Assembly (NCBI GenBank): GCA_964640685.1
Contig: CAZXFQ010000004.1
Coordinates: forward strand, 22,608 to 46,607
From: an uncultured Candidatus Saccharibacteria bacterium
Lineage (GTDB): Bacteria; Patescibacteriota; Dojkabacteria; CALFHW01
Direction of reading: 5' to 3'
Length of the DNA stretch: 24,000 nucleotides
Shown: piece by piece, positions 15,050-22,222 of the stretch
How the letters are laid out: each line of letters starts with the position of its first letter
Numbering within the stretch: the stretch's first letter is position 1
The notes under the pieces: model-generated
What the model was told of the DNA's origin: nothing
Database searches by the model: none
Seen by the model: the letters and a program-made list of their open reading frames with translations, nothing else
Position numbers and translations under genes: made by a program

Positions 15050-15727
15050 TTATAGCAGATGGTTTTGCAAGCGCATAGCAGCTTTGACTAATTCCTTGCT
15101 GACAAGATTATAGGCCACTTGATAATCAACCGACCTTAATAGCTGGGGCTTGGGAGACTTACTCAACTCAACTGGATCGATCAAAGTTTTGATATTCACA
15201 TATAATTGTAAGTACTCTTTAGGCATTCGCAGTTTGTATTCCCTTAACAATTGCTCCAGCGGAATAATTTCCTGATGGAGAAAGTATAAATCAATTATGT
15301 CTTTCCAAGTTGTTCTGCCTTCTAGTGCTACAAGCTTTAGGAAGCCTACATCGACAGGGTCGAGCACATCTATACCCATAAATCTTCGCAAAGGCATTTG
15401 TATTGGTAAATAATTTTCCCACAGCATTATCTTCACTCTCTTTAGACTAAACTCAACAGCGCCTTTATTTCTTACTAGTAGTTGAAAATCTTCCGGAGCT
15501 AATTGCTGGAATAGCCGGTATGATTCCGCGGGAAAATCTTTGGGACTGAAGAAATCGAAGTCCACTGAGATTCTATGGCCCAAACTTAAGGCCAAGGCTG
15601 TGCCCCCAGCTAAATAGAAATCCTTTAGAAACTCAATTTTTGCTAGCTGGGGAAGTAGCTGTATAGCCTCAGCCGTGAGAATTTCAGGATAAAACTTGTG
15701 CGGTTGTGGAGACAGTAAAGTTTTCAA
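15050..15727 (-). CDS. Nucleotidyltransferase of the AbiEii/AbiGii toxin family (DUF1814-like)
   Basis: 225 aa. The motif FYLAGGTALALSLGHRISVDFDFF matches the GGTAL...R.S.D.DF nucleotidyltransferase core of AbiEii-type toxins. Confidence 0.7.
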   Translation of the reverse strand: MKTLLSPQPHKFYPEILTAEAIQLLPQLAKIEFLKDFYLAGGTALALSLGHRISVDFDFFSPKDFPAESYRLFQQLAPEDFQLLVRNKGAVEFSLKRVKIMLWENYLPIQMPLRRFMGIDVLDPVDVGFLKLVALEGRTTWKDIIDLYFLHQEIIPLEQLLREYKLRMPKEYLQLYVNIKTLIDPVELSKSPKPQLLRSVDYQVAYNLVSKELVKAAMRLQNHLL

Positions 15728-15944
15728 AATATATTTGCCAAAATTGTTTAGTAGCTGCTGTGACCTCTCGACTATTTAATACAGGAACTAAAGACTCTAC
15801 ACCAAATTCAGCTATAAACCAAGCCAGGCAATTAAGATCGCCCTTCTCGGCCACCCTAACTGCCATAAATTCCTTGTAATCTGCAGCTTCAAATACTTGC
15901 AGATCTACATCCCATAAAATATTTTTAATACATTGAGGCAACAT
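15684..15944 (-). CDS. Small partner protein of the AbiEii-like nucleotidyltransferase (DUF6922-like, putative antitoxin or adaptor)
   Basis: 86 aa. The N-terminal NILWDVDL...FMAVRVAEKGDLNCLAWFIAEFG resembles the xFWDVD...RVLExG family often encoded upstream of such nucleotidyltransferases. It overlaps the downstream ORF by 44 nt in another frame. Confidence 0.5.
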   Translation of the reverse strand: MLPQCIKNILWDVDLQVFEAADYKEFMAVRVAEKGDLNCLAWFIAEFGVESLVPVLNSREVTAATKQFWQIYFENFTVSTTAQVLS

Positions 15945-15979
15945 CGTAGATTTATTCTACTCCAATTAATTACGGATAG

Positions 15980-16543
15980 TTACACTTTACGAAGAAAATA
16001 CACGCTGCTCTCCCCTAGTCTTTCTGAGTGGAGCAAATTGATATTTTTGGCAAGAATTAACTGCAATTGCACAGGCCATCTTAACACTGTGAGATTATCA
16101 GCAGTAAGTAAAGATGAATAGGAACTTAGTTGAAACTCAGTAATTTTTGTAAAAGGCGGGTCGATGAAAATAAGGTCAAATTGATTCTGCGCAGCTAAGT
16201 CTGTGAGCACTCCTGGTAATTTTCCTTTAGTGACTGTAAATTGCTCAGCCGGAAACTCGCAACTGGCAAGATTGGCAGTGATGGCCGCAATCGCCTCGGC
16301 ACCATTATCAATAAAGTGACAGAAACTAGCACCTCTACTCAAAGCCTCAATGCCGTAAGCGCCACTACCAGCAAATAGGTCTATGACTCTAGCGCTGGGA
16401 AGATATTCGCGCACTAAATCAAATACCACCGTCTTGATTCTATCTGTGACTGGACGAGTGCCTGAATCTGGGACTATTAAGTTTCGACCCTTTGCGGTGC
16501 CACTAATTACTCTCAACATCTCGTTACGGTTTTGGAGGCTCAC
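15980..16543 (-). CDS. rsmD: 16S rRNA (guanine966-N2)-methyltransferase RsmD
   Basis: 187 aa with RVISGTAKGRNLIVPDSGTRPVTDRIK, the SAM motif DLFAGSGAYGIEALSRGA, and IFIDPPF. Confidence 0.85.
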   Translation of the reverse strand: MSLQNRNEMLRVISGTAKGRNLIVPDSGTRPVTDRIKTVVFDLVREYLPSARVIDLFAGSGAYGIEALSRGASFCHFIDNGAEAIAAITANLASCEFPAEQFTVTKGKLPGVLTDLAAQNQFDLIFIDPPFTKITEFQLSSYSSLLTADNLTVLRWPVQLQLILAKNINLLHSERLGESSVYFLRKV

Positions 16544-17621
16544 TGAGCGCGTCTAAGTTAATGTTGGCGATGTCTTCCTCAGCAGTGCCACCAAAACGAC
16601 GTGTGCGGTATGAATAGTCCAGAACTGCTAAACGTAAATGCTCCGCAGTGAAATCTGGAAAGTACACATCGGTGAAGTACAATTCCGCATAGTCTGCTTG
16701 TGAAAGTAGCACCCCGCTAGTTCTGTGCTCACCAGATGTGCGGATGATCAAGTCCGGATCAGGAACATCAGGATCCGAGTCTAAATGTGCCCTAATCATG
16801 GCTTCATCAATCTCATTATTCTCAGGATTCATTACGTTAATTTTCTGCACTGCGCGGATTAATTCGTCTTTGCCACCATAGTCCAAGGCTAATTGCACAT
16901 TGAATCGTTTGAATTCTGCTGTGCCCTTTTCTAAATCTTCGATCCTAGCCAACAATTCCTTTGGCAGTCGATCCTTACGACCAATATGCCTAAAGCGAAT
17001 TTGACGTTTTTGACAGGCCTCTAAGAAATCTTTGAAGTAATCATGTAGAATTGCGAAAATGGCTTGTATCTCTCTTTGGTCACGACTCCAATTTTCAGTG
17101 GAAAAACCCCAAAATGTCACATAAGTCACGCCTAACTTTGCGCCTTCCTCAAATATTCGCAATAGATTTTCTTTGCTTGCGGCTCTTTGATGACCCACCC
17201 AAGGCTTCCAGCCTTGCTCACGAGCCCAGCGCCGATTGCCATCAGGGATAATCACAATATGCTGGGGCACTTTGACTTTGACAGGCTCGGCAATTATGCG
17301 TTTGCCCAAATTCTTAATTGCCGCAATCCGGTCTGCAATCAGATTCTTGTCTTCGCGCGTCTCAAATTCGGTATATTCCTGCTTACCTTTGCTAAACTTG
17401 TAGCTCAGTCCATCAATCTTGCTAAACATATTTCCTTTCTGGCACCATTTGACCAACTCACCAAGCTTGCTGCGATCTCCTTGTGCCAATAAGTAAACGG
17501 TCCCATCATTACGGTTCTCCACATAACCATTGAGGTTCAAAGCATTAGCTACATTACTAAGTGTCCTGCGCAAAAATACGCCTTGGACTCTACCGGAAAT
17601 TTCGATTTCAATTTGGTTCAT
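16524..17621 (-). CDS. uppS: Fusion protein: N-terminal acylphosphatase-like domain plus undecaprenyl-diphosphate synthase (cis-prenyltransferase)
   Basis: 365 aa. The N-terminus has ISGRVQGVFLRR and GYVENRNDGTVYLLAQG, which are near-matches to both acylphosphatase signatures. From about residue 108 it is canonical UppS (HIVIIPDGNRRWAREQG, FWGFSTENWSR, LIIRTSGEHRTSG). It overlaps rsmD by 20 nt. Confidence 0.88.
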   Translation of the reverse strand: MNQIEIEISGRVQGVFLRRTLSNVANALNLNGYVENRNDGTVYLLAQGDRSKLGELVKWCQKGNMFSKIDGLSYKFSKGKQEYTEFETREDKNLIADRIAAIKNLGKRIIAEPVKVKVPQHIVIIPDGNRRWAREQGWKPWVGHQRAASKENLLRIFEEGAKLGVTYVTFWGFSTENWSRDQREIQAIFAILHDYFKDFLEACQKRQIRFRHIGRKDRLPKELLARIEDLEKGTAEFKRFNVQLALDYGGKDELIRAVQKINVMNPENNEIDEAMIRAHLDSDPDVPDPDLIIRTSGEHRTSGVLLSQADYAELYFTDVYFPDFTAEHLRLAVLDYSYRTRRFGGTAEEDIANINLDALSEPPKP

Positions 17622-17626
17622 ATCTA

Positions 17627-17632
17627 ATTATA
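17627..17632 (-). promoter_or_regulatory. Candidate -10 box TATAAT 5 nt upstream of the acylphosphatase-uppS ATG (leaderless geometry)
   Basis: The minus strand reads GTTATAATTAGAT-ATG, within the 52-bp gap after the SpoU-family gene. No SD motif is present. Confidence 0.35.
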
Positions 17633-17673
17633 ACTATTCTTGCGAGTATATTTTACAACTAAATTGGCGACTA

Positions 17674-18189
17674 TTAGGTAATTGTACTCCAACGCTTAAT
17701 AATGTCATAGCTGGCAATTGCCATTGCAGTGGAGACATTAAGTGATTCTTTCTGCCCATACATAGGGATTTGCACCAATGGTACTGTGAATTGCTTCAGT
17801 ATATCTAATTGAATTCCCTCAACTTCATTGCCAAAGATTATTGCAGTAGCTACTCTGGGTAGTTCAATCTCCCAAAGACTTTGTGTATTTTTGCCACTTT
17901 CCAGGGCATATAAGTGTAGTCCTTCTTGGGTCAATGTCGTTAATGCACTATTGAGGTCGGTGAAATGTCTAGTTTCAACAAGATTCTCTGCGTCTAAGCT
18001 AGTTTTCTTGACCTTGGGGTGACCAGCGCTTGGAGTATAGCCGCAAGTAATTACCTCAGTAAGTCCAGCGCACTCCGCCACACGCAAAATTGCACCTACA
18101 TTGTAAGCCGAGCGAATGTTATCTAAGACAATTGTTAGTGGAAATATCTGTGCCACGTTACAATTATATAGCAATGCCAGAAATAGCAC
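17674..18189 (-). CDS. SpoU/TrmH-family RNA 2'-O-methyltransferase; start uncertain
   Basis: It has the motifs NIRSAYNVGAILRVAECAG, IIFGNEVEGI and IPMYGQKESLNVSTAMAIASYDI. The listed ATG at 18189 overlaps the divergent gene at 18174, so a GTG at 18156 is a plausible alternative start. Confidence 0.8.
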   Translation of the reverse strand: MLFLALLYNCNVAQIFPLTIVLDNIRSAYNVGAILRVAECAGLTEVITCGYTPSAGHPKVKKTSLDAENLVETRHFTDLNSALTTLTQEGLHLYALESGKNTQSLWEIELPRVATAIIFGNEVEGIQLDILKQFTVPLVQIPMYGQKESLNVSTAMAIASYDIIKRWSTIT

Positions 18190-19028
18190 ATTACAAATTG
18201 GATCCAGTGGAAGCGTTTGCCAAAAAATTTCGTAGTGGCAGAGCTAGATTGCGGATCGCTCCTATTAAGAATTTCCTGAAACGATATCAGCTCGCAAAGC
18301 TTGGTGGTGGCTCACAAGTGATTGTCTACAAATTGCTAGAAACTGGCTGGGTCTTAAAAGAAGGTACTTTGCACTACTCGGTGCCTTTAAGTCCCAAATT
18401 AGTATTTACAATCCCTAGAGCACTAATGTTTTTCTTGGCTTCCATCATCCCATTGGGGATACTGCCCAGGCGGCAAGAATTGTTGCAGCATTTTCGATTT
18501 GCCAAAAAACTAAAACAGTACTTGGGCTCTGCCAAGCAAAAAAAACTGCGCAAAGCTTTCTGGAGAGATCTGCCTGAGCTGCTTGCAGAGTATGATTTAC
18601 CTAATTATGTTAGCAGCTACATCGAGCAAATTCCCCCAGAAACGTGGAGGCATGATTTTTTGGTTAGAGATTATCTACTTCTGGGCTACCCTCTGCAGCA
18701 ACAGGAAGAAAGCCAATTCACCTACTTTGTTTTGCAACCAGAGTTACATGGGTCTACTCTGCAAAGTCTTAACTGGCAAAAGTTGTCCGTCAGCATACAA
18801 CAGCAACTAGTACTATTTAGTTTACTCAATCTCTATATGTTCCGAAACACTGGGTTTCTTGCCGATGTCAGCGGGCGCTATTTAGCAGATTATGAAAAGT
18901 GGATTATGGGCACTGAAAATCTATTGGTTACTGAAGAAGGCTTGAAACTTATCGATACGAATTATACTGCGCCCAATCTGAACTTCTACCTAAGTGGTCT
19001 CCAGAAAATGTTGGCTAAATTAGCTTAG
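18174..19028 (+). CDS. Hypothetical protein (285 aa from the ATG at 18174)
   Basis: This is a long open frame, and the only plus-strand gene in the minus block. I trimmed the start from 18090 to the first ATG that does not run deep into the SpoU gene. I recognise no confident family. A weak Gly-rich loop (KLGGGSQVIVYK) and NLLVTEEGLKLIDTN hint at a kinase-like fold, but no catalytic Asp is in register. Confidence 0.55.
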   Translation: MPEIAHYKLDPVEAFAKKFRSGRARLRIAPIKNFLKRYQLAKLGGGSQVIVYKLLETGWVLKEGTLHYSVPLSPKLVFTIPRALMFFLASIIPLGILPRRQELLQHFRFAKKLKQYLGSAKQKKLRKAFWRDLPELLAEYDLPNYVSSYIEQIPPETWRHDFLVRDYLLLGYPLQQQEESQFTYFVLQPELHGSTLQSLNWQKLSVSIQQQLVLFSLLNLYMFRNTGFLADVSGRYLADYEKWIMGTENLLVTEEGLKLIDTNYTAPNLNFYLSGLQKMLAKLA

Positions 19029-19042
19029 CTTAGTCAGTTATA

Positions 19043-19912
19043 TTAGCTGGCCTGAACTAATAAAAACAAGATGATCAGTCCTAGGATAATGCGGTAAATT
19101 CCAAACCCAGCCAAAGCTCCCTTGAGCTTTATGAGACGTTTGAACGCGCTCAAGGCTAGTAGAGAGACTATGAAGGTGGTGAGAAAGCCAATAACTAATT
19201 GGGCAACACTCGCGTTAACCACGGAGGGGTTACTGGTGAGTTGCCAAATCTCCACTAATGTCAGTACTGCAAATAACGGTAAGCCTGACAGAAATGCATA
19301 GTCAACTGCCAAGCTACGCGATAAACCTTGAGTAAGCCCGCCAAGCATAGTACTACCCGAACGCGAGACTCCTCTTATTAAGGAAAATGCCTGAATGATA
19401 CCGATAGTAAGGGCATTAGAAACTGTTAGTTTGCCCAAAGGTGTGTAATCTTTAGGGTCGCTGGTAAATAGTTGAGACCGGCTTGAGGTATTTTCTGCAA
19501 CTGCTTCTGCTGGTACTTTGAACTCGGCAATTATCAAGAATATTCCCACTATAATCAAGGCAAAGCTAGCGATAACAGGCTGTTTAACTGCCCCATCTCC
19601 TAGGATGAAGAGGGCTCCGCCAGCGACCAGGGCGGGTAAAGCTGTTAAGGCTAGGTTTCGCAGCAAGTTCCGTCCAGCTTCAGTTTTGGCGTTCAGCAAC
19701 ATTTGTCTGAGCACTTTGCGATAGAAAATGACTATAGCTAAGAAGCTCGCCACATGCAAAATCACATCGAAACTAGTGTTTTGAAAACTCAGATCTAACC
19801 CCAAGCCCAAACTATCGTTCAAAGTGCCAATTAACAATAAATGCCCGCTGCTGGAGACAGGAAATAACTCAGTAATACCTTGAATTATGCCCAATAAAAA
19901 TGCTGCAAACAT
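19043..19912 (-). CDS. uppP: Undecaprenyl-diphosphate phosphatase (BacA/UppP)
   Basis: 289 aa polytopic membrane protein. The N-terminal signature GIIQGITELFPVSSSGHLLL matches QGxTEFLPISSSGHL of BacA/UppP. Confidence 0.9.
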   Translation of the reverse strand: MFAAFLLGIIQGITELFPVSSSGHLLLIGTLNDSLGLGLDLSFQNTSFDVILHVASFLAIVIFYRKVLRQMLLNAKTEAGRNLLRNLALTALPALVAGGALFILGDGAVKQPVIASFALIIVGIFLIIAEFKVPAEAVAENTSSRSQLFTSDPKDYTPLGKLTVSNALTIGIIQAFSLIRGVSRSGSTMLGGLTQGLSRSLAVDYAFLSGLPLFAVLTLVEIWQLTSNPSVVNASVAQLVIGFLTTFIVSLLALSAFKRLIKLKGALAGFGIYRIILGLIILFLLVQAS

Positions 19913-19936
19913 ATTGATGAATATTAGTAATTAATT

Positions 19937-21985
19937 TTAATCCTTTAGACTACTTAAAGCTAACGCTTGTGATATTCGCACTTGTTCTGAGTTAGTTAGG
20001 TCAGCAATCTTCAAGTTCGGTATCCCTGCTTGGATGCGGCCATAAACTTCGCCAGGTCCCCTACTCTGCAGGTCAAATTCAGCCAATTTCATGCCGTCAG
20101 TTTCCTGGGCAAATAGTTTCAACCTGGGACTGTTAGTATCACTACCTGAAAATACCAAGCAGTAGCCCTGATTTTTGCCACGCCCCACCCTACCGCGCAA
20201 TTGATGCAATTGCGCCAGGCCAAATTGCTCAGCATTTTCAATCACTATCAAATTCGCGTTGGCGATGTCGATGCCAACTTCAATCACTGTGGTACAGACT
20301 AAGATTTCTGCACGCTTATCCTTGAAATCCGCCAGTATCTTGAGCTTTTCGACGTCCTTGAGTTTGCCGTGTAGCTGTAACAGCCTAATTTCAGGATTAT
20401 TAGTCTGGAAATGCTCGCTCAGTTTTTTGTAAACTACCGCCACGGAGGCTTTTTCATCTTTACTAATAATTACCGGGGCACCGTCGACCTCTCGTTTTTC
20501 CTCGATAAGTGGACAAACCCAAAACACCTGATGCCCTTGGTTAATTTGCTCGCTGATCCAGCCCAGAGAATCGAGACGTTTGGACTCAGGCACTAGGTAG
20601 GTAATTTTCTCCAGTTGTTGTTTAGGCTTAGTGGCTATCACACTTATGTTGATACTACCGAAAATACTCAATGCCAAAGTGCGAGGGATTGGTGTGGCTG
20701 TGAGAGATAGGTAATGCGGTAGGATTTTGCTATCCATTAATTTAGCCAGTTGCTCACGTTGCTTCACTCCAAAACGATGTTCTTCATCAATTATCAGTGC
20801 TCCTAGCTTTAACCCCAGCCCGAGACCCTTACTGCGGTGCAGAAGTGCTTGTGTGCCGATGAATAACTGAGGCAGTTTATTGGGTCGTACAAATTCAGTT
20901 TTTTTGCCTACGTCGGTGCTGGCTGTGACTAGCTGCACTTGGCTGGGGAAAATTTGCTGGAATAATTGATAATGCTGCTCAGCTAGCACCGTGGTGGGCA
21001 CCATCAGTATCACGTCTTTGTGGCAGAGGAAACTTAGGAAGATGGCACTGCCTGCTACCGCAGTTTTGCCACTACCCACATCACCTTGGATCAATCTATA
21101 TTCAGGTTTACCTGAAAGAAATCCAGTTAGGATCTCCTGGCTGGTGCTCAGCTGATCCGCAGTAGGTGTGAATTGAAAGCGCTGCCAATAGTCTTGTAAT
21201 ATCGTGGCTGCGCTCACTGTAGGTTCTAGTTTTAAATGCGCAACTGCCTTAGCTTGCGCTCTTGCTGCTGCTTGCTTTAGGAGCTTTTGTTGAATTGGAA
21301 TTAATTCTTCTACACCCAATCTAAATCTTGCTGCTGCTAACTGATCCCAATGCTCAGGAAAATGCACCTGCTCAAAAGCCGCAAGTCTGTCGAGCCATTT
21401 ACTCTGCAAATTTAGCGCGGCGATGATCTCAGGCGCAATCTCAGTATCGGCAAAATCGTTAATATCTGCGAGATTATCTATGATTTTTTTTATTAAGCGA
21501 CGGTAAATCTTGGGTGAGAGGCCAGTCGTCAAAGCGTACACTGGGACAATCCGACCACTGTGCAAAGTTTCTGCCGTATAACGTTCATGCAAAGGTGAGT
21601 TGATAAAAGGCTTACCTAACTTGTCTTGGCTTAACTTGGCAACGAATGAATAGATTGTGCCTGGGATTAGACTGTTTTCTAGAAATGGCATGTTGAACCA
21701 GGTAGCCTTGATCTGTCCAGTCTCGTCGGTGAGCACTGCTGTCTGGATTGATTTGAGGCGACCGCGTTTCAGGTAAGCATTGCGAAAGCTTTTCACTGTG
21801 GCAATCAAAGTCGCAGGCTTGTCATTGCTCAGTGCAGCGATCTGCACTTTCTGAGAATAATCCAAATAGGCTCTGGGGAATGCTTGCAGTAGATCGTTGA
21901 CTGTGAAGATTTCTAAGCGTTCTAACTTGCTGGCAATCTCACTACCCACACCACTGATTGCAGTGACTGCTGATTGCAGCTGCAT
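19937..21985 (-). CDS. recG: ATP-dependent DNA helicase RecG
   Basis: 682 aa with an N-terminal wedge/OB region and the helicase motifs GDVGSGKT, IIDEEHRFG, LSLTATPIPRT and QLRGRVGRG. Confidence 0.95.
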   Translation of the reverse strand: MQLQSAVTAISGVGSEIASKLERLEIFTVNDLLQAFPRAYLDYSQKVQIAALSNDKPATLIATVKSFRNAYLKRGRLKSIQTAVLTDETGQIKATWFNMPFLENSLIPGTIYSFVAKLSQDKLGKPFINSPLHERYTAETLHSGRIVPVYALTTGLSPKIYRRLIKKIIDNLADINDFADTEIAPEIIAALNLQSKWLDRLAAFEQVHFPEHWDQLAAARFRLGVEELIPIQQKLLKQAAARAQAKAVAHLKLEPTVSAATILQDYWQRFQFTPTADQLSTSQEILTGFLSGKPEYRLIQGDVGSGKTAVAGSAIFLSFLCHKDVILMVPTTVLAEQHYQLFQQIFPSQVQLVTASTDVGKKTEFVRPNKLPQLFIGTQALLHRSKGLGLGLKLGALIIDEEHRFGVKQREQLAKLMDSKILPHYLSLTATPIPRTLALSIFGSINISVIATKPKQQLEKITYLVPESKRLDSLGWISEQINQGHQVFWVCPLIEEKREVDGAPVIISKDEKASVAVVYKKLSEHFQTNNPEIRLLQLHGKLKDVEKLKILADFKDKRAEILVCTTVIEVGIDIANANLIVIENAEQFGLAQLHQLRGRVGRGKNQGYCLVFSGSDTNSPRLKLFAQETDGMKLAEFDLQSRGPGEVYGRIQAGIPNLKIADLTNSEQVRISQALALSSLKD

Positions 21986-22168
21986 TTATTGGGGGATTAA
22001 CACAGATAAGACTGGGCCGATAAATGTACCCAAAACCACGATCAACACAACCATCACCCAAAGTAGTTTGAGTAAATTCAGCCGCTTTAAGGATTTCCAA
22101 GTGGATCTGATTCTATCCTTTGGAGTAATATTTTTGACACTAATATTTTTGCGATTATTATCTTCCAT
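21986..22168 (-). CDS. Small single-pass membrane protein (hypothetical), abutting the recG start
   Basis: 60 aa with a basic N-terminus and one hydrophobic helix (LLKLLWVMVVLIVVLGTFIGPVLSVLI). Its TAA stop directly abuts the recG ATG (TAAATG). No family is recognised, and its 5' end overlaps a degenerate repeat copy. Confidence 0.4.
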   Translation of the reverse strand: MEDNNRKNISVKNITPKDRIRSTWKSLKRLNLLKLLWVMVVLIVVLGTFIGPVLSVLIPQ

Positions 22169-22222
22169 AGTTATTTTTGCGGTTATTTATCAGTTATTTT
22201 TGCGGTTATTTATCAGTTATTT
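22141..22222. repeat. 23-bp tandem repeat: two perfect copies, one partial copy and one degenerate copy
   Basis: The unit is AGTTATTTTTGCGGTTATTTATC, at 22169-22191 and 22192-22214. A partial copy lies at 22215-22222, and a degenerate copy (~18/23) at 22141-22163 inside the small ORF. The core GTTATTT occurs 5 times at alternating 12/11-bp spacing. Confidence 0.85.

Noticed and set aside
15049-15054. A TATAAT (minus strand) as the promoter of the rpmF-nusB-rnc-rpsP operon
   Set aside because: It overlaps the stop codon of the upstream nucleotidyltransferase gene and has no -35 at proper spacing (the nearest TTGCAA is only 10 bp away). It cannot be told apart from chance AT-rich sequence. It may still function, but I cannot support it.
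19011-19060. A bidirectional terminator between the convergent orphan gene and uppP
   Set aside because: There are only GCTAA/TTAGC-type 5-bp pairings with long loops and repeated TTAGCT strings. No stable stem plus T-tract is present.
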